DNA from: Sphingomonadaceae bacterium
Lineage (GTDB): Bacteria > Chloroflexota > UBA6077
Assembly (NCBI GenBank): GCA_050261575.1
Contig: JBLNDL010000026.1
Span: 1-35,306 of the forward strand
Length of the DNA stretch: 35,306 nt
Direction of reading: 5' to 3'
Each line of letters starts with the position of its first letter. The first letter of the stretch is position 1. Below, piece by piece: positions 17,636-26,336 of the stretch. The notes beneath the pieces were generated by a model. The model was given only the letters and a program-made list of their open reading frames with translations, was not told the DNA's origin and did no database searches. A program made the translations under genes and the position numbers.

Positions 17636-18484
17636 GTGGGATTGAGAGACCAGGCAGTCAACAATCGACGAAAGGCGCGCAGGCGGACCATTCGGTCGGC
17701 CTCTCCCGTCCGCCTGCGGAGGCGGCAACCCGTGTCCTTCCGGTGGGTTCTGGGCGTGATACCGCCGGCCATCTACCTCGCCGTATTGATTCTGGCTGCT
17801 TGGCTGCTATACTATTCCACTGCCTCCCCGTACTTTGCGGTTCGAGAGATCTCGGTGGCGGGGAACACGCTGCTCGATTCAGACCAGGCGAGGGACGTAA
17901 CCGGATCTCTCGGGCGAAACATCCTCCGTCTTCGAACCGAAGAGATCGAGCAATCGCTCGGAAACATCAGCGAGGTGAAGGGCGCTCGGGCGCGCCTGAC
18001 GTTGCCGGGCAAGATCGATATCGAGATCACCGAGCGAACCCCTCTCGTGCAGTGGCAGGCCCGGGAGGGGTCCTTTCTGGTGGATCGAGAGGGTGTAGTC
18101 TTCAGCCGGCAGCCCCCTCCGACACCCGTGCTCCTGGTCAAAGCGTGGGACGGGCCGCCAACTGAAGTGGGTAGCCGCCTTGACCCAGGCGTGCTCGCTG
18201 CCGTCGAGACACTGGCGGCATGGCTACCCGAGCGGGCTGGCATTCGGCCGGCATGGTTTGACTACTCTCGAGGAACGGGTCTGGCAGTGCCCGTCGAAGG
18301 TGGACCGAGGATCATCTTCGGCGATGCCGTCGACCTGGAGTCGAAGCTGGCCACCCTGGCGGCGATTCGAGACCACCTGGCGGCTTCCAAGGCCAAGGCC
18401 GAGGTCATCGATCTCCGTTTTCGGGGCCGGCCTGTATACGTTCTCGCCCCAAACACCCAGGCCAAGTCGGGCCAGGCCCGCTAG
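17636..18484 (+). CDS. ftsQ: Cell division protein FtsQ/DivIB (POTRA domain)
   Basis: Basic N-tail, one TM, POTRA-like 'FAVREISVAGN', 'ITERTP' and C-terminal 'IDLRF..RP'. Confidence 0.88.
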   Translation: MGLRDQAVNNRRKARRRTIRSASPVRLRRRQPVSFRWVLGVIPPAIYLAVLILAAWLLYYSTASPYFAVREISVAGNTLLDSDQARDVTGSLGRNILRLRTEEIEQSLGNISEVKGARARLTLPGKIDIEITERTPLVQWQAREGSFLVDREGVVFSRQPPPTPVLLVKAWDGPPTEVGSRLDPGVLAAVETLAAWLPERAGIRPAWFDYSRGTGLAVPVEGGPRIIFGDAVDLESKLATLAAIRDHLAASKAKAEVIDLRFRGRPVYVLAPNTQAKSGQAR

Positions 18485-18578
18485 GGAGCGGGCTCTGGGC
18501 GCTGCCTTGCCGGCGGCGGTTTTTGGCGAGGCAGGGCCGGTGAGTCGTGCCGGCACTAGTCCGGAGGGATGAGCTCCC

Positions 18579-18944
18579 ATGTGGCTTCCTCTGCTCGGTT
18601 TGCTGACCGGAGTGGTGATAGGCCTTTCCTTCTCGATCTCGGTACCCGCCGATTACGCCCGATACACCGGTATGGCCATCCTGGCGGCGATGGACTCCAT
18701 TCTGGGGGCCATCAGCGCTGAGGTGGACGGCCGGTACGAGAACGACATCTTCGTCGCTGGGCTGTTCACCAACATGCTGCTGGCTGGGACTCTGACCTTC
18801 CTGGGCGATCGGTTGGGCGTGGAGTTGTATTTCGCGGCTATCGTGGCTTTCGGCGCGCGGATGTTCAACAACCTCGCCATTATTCGAAGGCATTTCGTCG
18901 CCAAGCTTCGCCAGCGGCATAGGTTGAAAGCAGGCCAGGGGTAA
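18579..18944 (+). CDS. Small basic protein family (DUF1290/Sbp)
   Basis: 'Y..MAILAAMDSILG', 'F..GLF.N.LLA..L..LGD.LGV.LY.AAIVAFG.R.F.NLA.IRR'. Confidence 0.9.
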   Translation: MWLPLLGLLTGVVIGLSFSISVPADYARYTGMAILAAMDSILGAISAEVDGRYENDIFVAGLFTNMLLAGTLTFLGDRLGVELYFAAIVAFGARMFNNLAIIRRHFVAKLRQRHRLKAGQG

Positions 18945-18945
18945 C

Positions 18946-20175
18946 ATGGCGCAAGAACAGGTAGTCGTCGGCCTCGACGCCGGCACGACTAAGATCACTG
19001 CACTCATCGGAGAGGTGAAAGGCTCCCGTGTGGTGCAGGTGGTGGGCGTGGGCATCTCGCCCTCACGCGGGCTGAAGAAGGGCATCGTGGTAGATATGGA
19101 GGAGGCCGAAGGCGCAATCGCCACGGCGCTGAGAAAGGCCGAGGCCTTCTCTGGCTACAAGATCATCGGCGCGCACGTCTCCGTTTCCGGCGCCCACCTG
19201 GCTTCGGAGAGCGCTCGTGGCGCCATCTCCCTGTCGGGGGGTCGCCCGGTTTCGTCGCAGGACCTCTCCGATCTGTTGAGTGCTGCCAGGCTGGGGGATG
19301 TGCCCGAGGGGAGGAACGTCCTGCACGTCCTCCCAAAGGGCTATGTGGTGGATGGAGAGGACGGGGTTCGCAATCCGATCGGGATGCTCGCCACCCGACT
19401 CGAGTTGGAGGGCTTGGTGGTAAGCTCCGGCGCGGGACCGATGCAGAACCTGGCCAGGTGCGTAGAGCGGGCCGGCATCCAGATCGACAGCTTCGTGGCC
19501 GGCGGGCTCGCCTCGGCCAACGGGGTGCTGAGCGATCCGGAGAAGCAGTTGGGAGTGCTGCTTGTGGACGTGGGTGGCGGGACCACCGATCTCGTTTGGT
19601 ACCGGGAGGGGGAGGTCCAGTACGTGGGTGCCCTGCCGGTGGGCGGCAACCACCTGACCAACGATCTGTCCGTTGGGCTGGGGGTGCCATTCTCGGCAGC
19701 CGAGGAGATCAAGGTGCGTTTCGGCACCGCCGTCCCGGCCAACGTCGGAGAAGAGGATACCATCGACGCGGGCGCTTTCTCCGATGGGGAGGTGCGCCAG
19801 GTCTCCAAGCGCTTCATGGCCGAGATCGTAGAGGCCCGGCTGTCAGAGATCTTCGGCCTGGCCATGGACGAGTTGAGGAACATGGGGTTCGATGGCGTCC
19901 TACCTGCCGGGGTAGTGCTGACCGGCGGCACTGCCCAGCTTCGAGGAATTCGGGAGCTTGCGCAGCGGGCATTCGACGCGCCGGTTCGGATCGGGCTCCC
20001 CGAGGGGCTGGTGGGATCGACCGACTCCATCAGCAGCCCGGCCTACTCCGCAGGCGCCGGGCTGCTCAAGTGGGCGCTGGCCCAAACCGAGGAGCCACCC
20101 GGCGGCAGGTCGATGCGCCGCCGGGTGGGCTGGGGTTCCAGGGTGAAGGGACTGGCGAGGGCGTTCTTGCCCTAA
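18946..20175 (+). CDS. ftsA: Cell division protein FtsA
   Basis: 'GLDAGTTKI', 'GLKKG.VVD', 'DVGGGTTD', 'GGNHLTNDL' and 'VLTGGTA'. Confidence 0.96.
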   Translation: MAQEQVVVGLDAGTTKITALIGEVKGSRVVQVVGVGISPSRGLKKGIVVDMEEAEGAIATALRKAEAFSGYKIIGAHVSVSGAHLASESARGAISLSGGRPVSSQDLSDLLSAARLGDVPEGRNVLHVLPKGYVVDGEDGVRNPIGMLATRLELEGLVVSSGAGPMQNLARCVERAGIQIDSFVAGGLASANGVLSDPEKQLGVLLVDVGGGTTDLVWYREGEVQYVGALPVGGNHLTNDLSVGLGVPFSAAEEIKVRFGTAVPANVGEEDTIDAGAFSDGEVRQVSKRFMAEIVEARLSEIFGLAMDELRNMGFDGVLPAGVVLTGGTAQLRGIRELAQRAFDAPVRIGLPEGLVGSTDSISSPAYSAGAGLLKWALAQTEEPPGGRSMRRRVGWGSRVKGLARAFLP

Positions 20176-20187
20176 TAGTGATGGGGA

Positions 20188-20260
20188 GTGGGGCAGGGGC
20201 CGGTCCCCTGCCGACGTGTGATCGTTGGGACCGGGCGGCGGGTCTTGTGCCCCGCCCTAC
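20188..20260. repeat. REP doublet (REPIN-like) between ftsA and ftsZ
   Basis: Left arm GTGG-GGCAGGGG-CCGGT-CCCCTGCC. Right arm, as reverse complement, GTAG-GGCGGGGC-ACAAGA-CCCGCC. Same family as 2900-2977. Confidence 0.7.
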
Positions 20261-20288
20261 CTAGTCGGGGATAAACGGGGGGCGACAG

Positions 20289-21377
20289 TTGGAAAGGGAC
20301 GGGATACCTCGGATTGTGGTGGTCGGGGTTGGAGGCGGTGGTGGCAACGCCGTCAACCGAATGATCCAGGCGCAGGTGCGTGGCGTCGAGTTCGTGGCCG
20401 TCAACACGGACCAACAGGCCCTGGCCAGGACCGAGCGCGGGGCGTTGCGGTTGAGGGTGGGGGACAAGATCACCAGAGGGCTCGGATCCGGCGGAAATCC
20501 CACGATTGGGGCGAAGGCTGCTGAGGAGAGTGTCGAGGACATCTACCAGGTGCTGAATGGAGCCGACATGGTATTCATCACCGCCGGGATGGGTGGCGGC
20601 ACCGGCACCGGCGCTTCCCCGGTGGTCGCTCAGGTTTCTCGGGAGGTTGGGGCTCTCACCGTTGGGGTGGTCACGAAGCCGTTCGTCTTCGAGGGGGCAC
20701 GGCGCCGAAACGTGGCCGAGGAGGGCATCGCAGCGCTGAAGTCCAAGGTCGACACCCTGATCACCATTCCCAACGATCGTCTCCTCCAGGTGATCGAGAG
20801 GAACACTCCGGTGGAGTCGGCCCTCAAGGTTGTGGACGACGTCCTGCGCCAGGGCATCCAGGGTATCTCCGAGTTGATCACGGAGCCTGGCTTGATCAAC
20901 CTCGACTTCGCCGACGTGAGGACGGTCATGTCCAACGCTGGCTCTGCCCTGATGGCCATAGGTCGGGCTAAGGGCGAGAACCGCGCCGCCGAGGCCGCGA
21001 GGGCCGCCATCGCCAACCCCCTGCTGGATGTGTCGATGGCCGGAGCCAAGGGTGTGCTATTCAACGTCACCGGCGGCACCGACCTCACGCTGCTGGAGAT
21101 CAACGAGGCGGCCGAGGTGGTGTCCGCGGCGGCGGACTCCGATGCCAACATCATCTTCGGGGCGGTCGTCGACGAGCAGATCGAGGATGAGATCCGGATC
21201 ACGGTGATCGCCACCGGGTTCGATGGCAGCGCGATAGCCGCCGCAGCGGCAGACAGGGTGGACAAGATCGAGCGGCTGCGGCCGATCCCGACCCCGGTGC
21301 CGAGGCCGGCGGATAGGACCGTCGACCGCTCCGACTACGACGTGCCGGCCTTCCTGCGGAGAAGGCAGGGGCTGTAG
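20289..21377 (+). CDS. ftsZ: Cell division protein FtsZ
   Basis: '[13 protein letters not shown]', tubulin signature 'GGGTGTG', 'INLDFADV' and C-terminal peptide 'DVPAFLR'. TTG start. Confidence 0.98.
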   Translation: MERDGIPRIVVVGVGGGGGNAVNRMIQAQVRGVEFVAVNTDQQALARTERGALRLRVGDKITRGLGSGGNPTIGAKAAEESVEDIYQVLNGADMVFITAGMGGGTGTGASPVVAQVSREVGALTVGVVTKPFVFEGARRRNVAEEGIAALKSKVDTLITIPNDRLLQVIERNTPVESALKVVDDVLRQGIQGISELITEPGLINLDFADVRTVMSNAGSALMAIGRAKGENRAAEAARAAIANPLLDVSMAGAKGVLFNVTGGTDLTLLEINEAAEVVSAAADSDANIIFGAVVDEQIEDEIRITVIATGFDGSAIAAAAADRVDKIERLRPIPTPVPRPADRTVDRSDYDVPAFLRRRQGL

Positions 21378-21396
21378 CCGGCAAGGGCGGGCATAC

Positions 21397-21470
21397 GTGG
21401 GGCAGGGCGGAGCGCCCTGCCCCACGGCGCGTGGTGTGCGGGGGCGGTGGGGCAAAGGGCCTCGCCCTGC
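21397..21470. repeat. REP-like hairpins downstream of ftsZ
   Basis: GTGGGGCAGGGCG-GAG-CGCCCTGCCCCAC (13-bp stem, 21397-21425) plus a degenerate second copy GTGGGGCAAAGGGCCTCGCCCTGC. Confidence 0.6.
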
Positions 21471-21511
21471 ATTCTGTGTGGTAGGTGCGGGACTTGCTTT
21501 CGGATCAGGCG

Positions 21512-22306
21512 ATGAGAGTTCGTCACCACGGCGGGATCTCCGTATACTCCTTCGGTCATCTGGAGCGCTGGCCCGAGTTGACCCAAGCCGCCTTCGGGCG
21601 AGGCGGTGGGGTCAGTGCACCCCCCTACGACTCGCTGAACGCCAGCTTTGCGGTTAAGGACGACCCGGTGAGGGTGAGGGCCAACCGGGCGCTGATGGCG
21701 CGGACGCTGGGATGGGACCCCGAACGCATCGTATCTGCCAACCAGGTTCACGGCCGGAGGGTCGAGGCCGTGGGGCGTGACAGGATCGGCGGGCCCGACC
21801 TGCCGGAGACGGACGCTTTGGTTACGGACCAGCCCGGTGTGCTGCTGCTGCTGAAGTTCGCCGATTGCGTGCCCGTGGTGCTGTGGGACCCAGTCCGGCG
21901 TGTGGTGGGCGTCGCCCACGCGGGATGGCGGGGCACCGTGGCTGGGACTCCGGCGGCTGCGCTAGAGTGCATGAGGGAGCGCTACCACACGCGCGCATCC
22001 GACGTGATGGTGGGGATCGGCCCCTCCATTGGTCCCTGCTGCTACGAGGTGGGGCCTGAGGTTGCGGCTCAGGTGGGCCGGGCTTTCGTGGGGGCCAACG
22101 TACTGCAGACGGGGGCAGATGGCCGAATGCGCTTCGACCTCTGGAGCGCCAACGTCGAGACCCTCCTGCGGGCGGGGGTCGCGGAGGAGCACGTTGCCGT
22201 CGCCGGGATCTGCACGCGATGCCAGCACGATCTCTTCTTTTCTCACAGGGCGGCCGGCGGGCTCACCGGCCGGTTTGCCTTCGTCGCAGGGATACGAGAT
22301 GAGTAG
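21512..22306 (+). CDS. pgeF: Peptidoglycan editing factor PgeF / YfiH purine nucleoside phosphorylase-like
   Basis: 'GGVS.PPYDSLN', 'QVHG', 'ADCVP', 'HAGWRG', 'GPSIG.CCYEV' and 'CT.C...FFSHR'. Alternative start is GTG 21485. Confidence 0.93.
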   Translation: MRVRHHGGISVYSFGHLERWPELTQAAFGRGGGVSAPPYDSLNASFAVKDDPVRVRANRALMARTLGWDPERIVSANQVHGRRVEAVGRDRIGGPDLPETDALVTDQPGVLLLLKFADCVPVVLWDPVRRVVGVAHAGWRGTVAGTPAAALECMRERYHTRASDVMVGIGPSIGPCCYEVGPEVAAQVGRAFVGANVLQTGADGRMRFDLWSANVETLLRAGVAEEHVAVAGICTRCQHDLFFSHRAAGGLTGRFAFVAGIRDE

Positions 22307-23006
22307 TCTGCGTGAGAGGCTGGAGTCAGTGTACCACCGAGTAGCGCTGGCCGCGGAGCGCGCCGGCCGTCTACCCTCGGAGGTCCGGGTGGTTGCCGTT
22401 TCGAAGACGGTCAAGCCGGAGACGATTGCGGAGGCATACCGGCTGGGGCAGCGGGACTTCGGGGAGAACCGCGTGCAGGAGCTTCGCGAGAAACGGCGCC
22501 TGCTGGACGGGGTGGAGGGCATGGACGAGGTCCGCTGGCACATGATCGGCCACCTGCAGTCCAACAAGGCGAAGCTTGCCGTGCAGTTGTCTGATATAAT
22601 CCAATCGGTGGACAGCGTAAGACTGGCGGGGCTCCTGGATGCCGACGCGAAGGCGGCGGGCAGGCGAGTGCCGGTGCTGTTGCAGGTCGATTTCACCTCG
22701 CTACCTCAACGAGCCGGGTTCGCTCCCGACGAGTTGCGGACGGTGGTGGGAGAGTTGGCATCGCTGCATCACCTGCGGGTCCAGGGGCTAATGACGATCG
22801 CCCCACTCGGTTTGGACCGAGCAGGATTGCGGGCCGTGTTCCGCGGGCTGCGGCTGCTGCGTAACGAGTTGGCGGAGTGCTATCCCGACGTGGAATGGCG
22901 TGAGCTTTCCATGGGGATGAGCGACGACTTCGAGACGGCCATCGAGGAGGGATCCACCATCGTGAGAATCGGGCGGGCCATTTTCGGTGAGCGTCCTCAC
23001 CTGTAG
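22299..23006 (+). CDS. yggS: PLP homeostasis protein YggS/YlmE
   Basis: 'VAVSKT', 'FGENRVQE', '[11 protein letters not shown]', 'GLMT', 'LSMGMSDDF' and 'VRIGRAIFG'. ATG 22299 overlaps the pgeF end. Confidence 0.95.
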   Translation: MSSLRERLESVYHRVALAAERAGRLPSEVRVVAVSKTVKPETIAEAYRLGQRDFGENRVQELREKRRLLDGVEGMDEVRWHMIGHLQSNKAKLAVQLSDIIQSVDSVRLAGLLDADAKAAGRRVPVLLQVDFTSLPQRAGFAPDELRTVVGELASLHHLRVQGLMTIAPLGLDRAGLRAVFRGLRLLRNELAECYPDVEWRELSMGMSDDFETAIEEGSTIVRIGRAIFGERPHL

Positions 23007-23036
23007 TCGGGGATGGCGCTCCAGGAGGAAGTAGAC

Positions 23037-23297
23037 TTGATCTTTCTGTACCGCTTCGTCGATCTGCTATTCAATATCCTCATCTTTGCCATCGTCGGAC
23101 GGGCGCTGCTGTCGTGGTTTAACGTCGGCCCTGGCAATCCCATCGGACGGATCCTGTACGAGATCACCGAGCCGATCCTGGGTCCTATGCGTCGAGTGAT
23201 CCCCATGATCGGCATGCTGGACATATCGCCCATCGTGGCGATCCTGCTGCTGAGCTTCATGCAGAGCCTCATACTGCAGGCGCTGATAGCCTATTAG
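23037..23297 (+). CDS. yggT: YggT/YlmG family membrane protein
   Basis: 'RALLSWF', 'ITEPILGP.RR.IP' and 'DISPIVA'. TTG 23037 follows AGGAGG; alternative start is ATG 23013. Confidence 0.92.
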   Translation: MIFLYRFVDLLFNILIFAIVGRALLSWFNVGPGNPIGRILYEITEPILGPMRRVIPMIGMLDISPIVAILLLSFMQSLILQALIAY

Positions 23298-23299
23298 CG

Positions 23300-23339
23300 A
23301 GTAGCTGTAGGGGGGCTCGGACCAACCCCTACAGCTACT
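23300..23339. terminator. Hairpin between convergent yggT and DUF167 genes (GTAG...CTAC REP-like)
   Basis: 14-bp perfect stem AGTAGCTGTAGGGG / CCCCTACAGCTACT. Confidence 0.65.
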
Positions 23340-23595
23340 TCCTCAACCTCGCCGCCACCTCCTCCAGGGATGGCAGTTCCACCTCGACCAGCTTTTCCCT
23401 CGACCTCTCACCTCTGATCAAAGTCACCTGTCTCGGGCGCAGCCCCAACGCCTCCGCAAGGAACTCCACCAGCCGCTTGTTGGCCTTGCCCTCGATGGCC
23501 CTCGCCCGCAGCCTCACCCGCAGCAGATCGCCCTCCTGGGCGCTGATCTCGTCTGTGGATGCCCCTGGTTGCACATGTATCCTGAGGGTAGTCAA
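23335..23595 (-). CDS. DUF167 (YggU/UPF0235) protein
   Basis: 'I.VQPGA', 'EGKAN..L..FLA..LG' and 'I.GE.SR.K'. Confidence 0.9.
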   Translation of the reverse strand: MTTLRIHVQPGASTDEISAQEGDLLRVRLRARAIEGKANKRLVEFLAEALGLRPRQVTLIRGERSREKLVEVELPSLEEVAARLRK

Positions 23596-23601
23596 GGTGG
23601 T

Positions 23602-24885
23602 CTACATCCTCGCCATGACCTCGGCGGCCGCAGCGACGGTCGCCTCGATGTCTTCCTCCGTATGAGCCAGTGAGACGAAGGTGGCCTCGAACTGGGAAGG
23701 CGCGAAGTAGAAGCCGCGCTCGAGCATGCCACGGAAGAAGCGCGCGTACATGGCTGTGTCGCTGGCCAGCGCGCTGGCATAGTCGACCACCGGCTTCGAG
23801 GTGAAGAAGGTGGTCGAGGCGGAGCCGACGCGGGTCTGGAACACGGCTATCCCTGCCTTCCGCGCGGCCTGCCCCAGCCCTTCGCAGAGGCGAGCGGACA
23901 ACCGCTCTAACCGCTCGTAGCTTCCCGGCTGTCGTAGCTGCCGGAGGGTCTCGATCCCCGCCGTCATGGCGAGGGGGTTTCCCGAGAGGGTGCCCGCCTG
24001 GTAGACTGGGCCGGCCGGAGACACCTTCTCCATCACCGCCCGAGGGCCGCCGTAGGCCCCGACTGGAAGCCCGCCCCCGATGATCTTGCCCATGGTGGTG
24101 AGGTCTGGCATCACTCCGTACAGGGTCTGCGCGCCGCCGTACGCCACCCGAAAGCCGGTGATGACCTCGTCGAAGATGAGCAGGGCGCCGTGGTTCCGGG
24201 TGATCCTTCGGAGAGCCTCGAGGAAGCCACTCTTCGGGGGAACGACACCCATGTTGCCGGCCACCGGCTCGACGATGACGGCTGCGATCTCGTCAGGGTA
24301 GCGGGAGAACGCCTCCTCGACGGCCCGCTCGTCGTTGTACGGGAGTGAGATCGTCGCCTGCGCGGCGGAGACAGGGACGCCGGGGCTGTCCGGAACGCCG
24401 AGGGTGGTGGCTCCGGAGCCGGCCTGGACCAGCAGCCCGTCGGCGTGGCCGTGGTAGCACCCCGCGAACTTTACGATCTTCTCGCGACCGGTGTATGCGC
24501 GGGCCAGCCGCAGGGCGCTCATCACCGCCTCTGTGCCCGAGTTGACGAATCGCACCATCTCGACCGATGGCATGGCCTCGACGACGACGCGGGCCAGCTC
24601 GCTCTCCAGCGGGGTGGGCGCGCCGTAGCTGGTGCCCCGCTCGGCCGCGCGCTGGACGGCCTGAACCACCGCCGGGTGAGCGTGGCCCAGGATCAGCGGT
24701 CCCCAGGATCCCACGTAGTCCACGAAGCTGTTGCCGTCTACGTCGAAGATGCGGGAGCCACTGGCTCGGTCGATGAACAGGGGCTGGCCCCCCACCGCTC
24801 GAAAGGCGCGAACGGGGCTGTCGACGCCGCCAGGGATCAACTCGCGAGCCTCAGCGAAGAGCTTCTGCGACCTCTCTGTCCTCAT
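23602..24885 (-). CDS. hemL: Glutamate-1-semialdehyde 2,1-aminomutase
   Basis: '[11 protein letters not shown]', 'SWGPLILGH', 'NSGTEA', 'GCYHGH', 'FDEVITGFR', PLP lysine in 'GKIIGGG', and '[10 protein letters not shown]'. Confidence 0.97.
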   Translation of the reverse strand: MRTERSQKLFAEARELIPGGVDSPVRAFRAVGGQPLFIDRASGSRIFDVDGNSFVDYVGSWGPLILGHAHPAVVQAVQRAAERGTSYGAPTPLESELARVVVEAMPSVEMVRFVNSGTEAVMSALRLARAYTGREKIVKFAGCYHGHADGLLVQAGSGATTLGVPDSPGVPVSAAQATISLPYNDERAVEEAFSRYPDEIAAVIVEPVAGNMGVVPPKSGFLEALRRITRNHGALLIFDEVITGFRVAYGGAQTLYGVMPDLTTMGKIIGGGLPVGAYGGPRAVMEKVSPAGPVYQAGTLSGNPLAMTAGIETLRQLRQPGSYERLERLSARLCEGLGQAARKAGIAVFQTRVGSASTTFFTSKPVVDYASALASDTAMYARFFRGMLERGFYFAPSQFEATFVSLAHTEEDIEATVAAAAEVMARM

Positions 24886-24941
24886 GTTCCCCCCCAAGCT
24901 GCAGGATTGCCGTTAGCGGAGCCGCCTCGTCATATTGCGAG

Positions 24942-24978
24942 AGTGTAGCGGAGTTTGGATACGAATGACAATGTGTCA
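24942..24978 (-). promoter_or_regulatory. Putative hemL promoter overlapping a TGACA-N3-TGTCA palindrome
   Basis: Minus strand TTGTCA-18-TACACT. The palindrome tgacaatgtgtca (24966-24978) covers the -35. Confidence 0.45.
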
Positions 24979-25016
24979 CTCTGCAACGAATTCCAGGATA
25001 TCTGATGGGCAACCCC

Positions 25017-25045
25017 TTTACTTTACAGCTACCACCCACTAAACT
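25017..25045 (+). promoter_or_regulatory. Putative sigma70 promoter of the BlaI-family gene
   Basis: TTTACT-17-TAAACT. Confidence 0.4.
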
Positions 25046-25121
25046 GCCGCATAAGGTTGCCACTGTACAGAACGCGACAGGCGCGGAGTCATCCCATTAC
25101 GCTGACAAGGAGGGCAGCAAG

Positions 25122-25538
25122 TTGGCAGCGGATGGTACTTTGGACCCGAAACCCATTAGCGCGACCTTGGCCAAGGGGCTTGGCCCACTGGAGATGGAGG
25201 TGCTGGACGTCATCTGGGAGATGGGCCAGGCAACCTCCCGCGAGATCTTCGAAAAGATGAGGGAGAGGAAGCGTCTGGGACAGTCGACTGTGCTGACGGT
25301 GCTCCGGCGGCTCAGCGACCGCGGTATCCTTCGCCGGGATTCCGGCGGCGACGTCTACGTCTACTCGCCGGTGATGGAGCGGGAAGAGTTAGGCGGCCGG
25401 ATGATCGACGACGTGGTGAACCGGATCTTCGGTGGCGCAGTCGAGCCCGTTCTGTTTCACCTCATCGATCGCAAGGGGCTGAAGGGCGGTGATCTGGAGC
25501 GTCTGATATCCCGGCGGAACCCAGTGGGCGAGAAGTAA
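25122..25538 (+). CDS. BlaI/MecI/CopY family transcriptional regulator
   Basis: 'LGPLEMEVLDVIW', 'STVLTVLRRL..RG.L.R' and 'YVYSP'. TTG 25122 follows AAGGAGG. Confidence 0.9.
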   Translation: MAADGTLDPKPISATLAKGLGPLEMEVLDVIWEMGQATSREIFEKMRERKRLGQSTVLTVLRRLSDRGILRRDSGGDVYVYSPVMEREELGGRMIDDVVNRIFGGAVEPVLFHLIDRKGLKGGDLERLISRRNPVGEK

Positions 25539-25638
25539 GGTCCGCTCTCACGGTATGCATCTTGCCGCAAGCTGCCATCCGGCCTCTTAGTCGGCCAAGG
25601 ACAGACCACAGGATGCTACACCGAGAGGGGACAGAGGC

Positions 25639-26085
25639 ATGAAGCTGCGAGAAGTGATGACCACTGAGTTCTGCTGCGCTAGCCCTTCCGACTCCTTGAG
25701 CAAGATTGCTGCGGAGATGAAGCGGCACAACGTGGGCGCGATGCCCGTCTGCGAGAACGGGAGGCTGATGGGGATAATCACCGATCGCGATATCGTGGTC
25801 GAGTGTGTCGCGTCTGGAACAGACCCCAACACATGCCAGGTAGGCCGTTTCATGACGACCAGTCTGGTCCAGGGCCACCCGGACATGGACGTGGGCGAGG
25901 CAGCGAAGCTGATGGGGCGTGAACAGGTGCACAGGCTGCCGGTGGTGGAAAACGGCAAGCTGGTGGGTATCGTCTCCATTGGGGACATTGCGGTGAACTG
26001 CAGGGACGACAAGATCGTGGCCGACATGGTTCGAGAGATCTCCCTGCCCGTCAGGTCCACCAGGCCTCAGGCGGTGGCCGCGTAG
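25639..26085 (+). CDS. CBS domain pair protein (YhcV/Hrp1-like)
   Basis: 'M..HNVGAMPV', 'GIITDRDIV' and 'RLPVVENG.LVGIVSIGDI'. Confidence 0.92.
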   Translation: MKLREVMTTEFCCASPSDSLSKIAAEMKRHNVGAMPVCENGRLMGIITDRDIVVECVASGTDPNTCQVGRFMTTSLVQGHPDMDVGEAAKLMGREQVHRLPVVENGKLVGIVSIGDIAVNCRDDKIVADMVREISLPVRSTRPQAVAA

Positions 26086-26286
26086 GTGGAGGAGAAGCGA
26101 ACCACCACCTCGCCAGTGGATGTGGCCGAAGCCCTGGAGGGAGCCCCATTTCCCTGCTCCAAGCAGAGACTGCTGGACTACGCGCGTGCCAAGGGGGCCT
26201 CGGAGGAGGCCCTTGAGACGCTCCTCTTTCTCCCGGAGGCGACCTACGAGGATGCCTCTGAGGTGATGAGGTGGGTCAGGGGTTAG
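26086..26286 (+). CDS. DUF2795 domain small protein
   Basis: 'AL.GA.FPCSK..LL.YA...GA..E.LE.L..LP...Y....EV'. Confidence 0.75.
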   Translation: MEEKRTTTSPVDVAEALEGAPFPCSKQRLLDYARAKGASEEALETLLFLPEATYEDASEVMRWVRG

Positions 26287-26290
26287 CGAC

Positions 26291-26336
26291 AAGCTCTGAG
26301 GGCCCGAGGATATCTTTCCTCGGGCCCTCAGAGCTT
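26291..26336. terminator. Perfect 20-bp inverted repeat between convergent genes (probable bidirectional terminator)
   Basis: AAGCTCTGAGGGCCCGAGGA-tatctt-TCCTCGGGCCCTCAGAGCTT. Confidence 0.75.
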
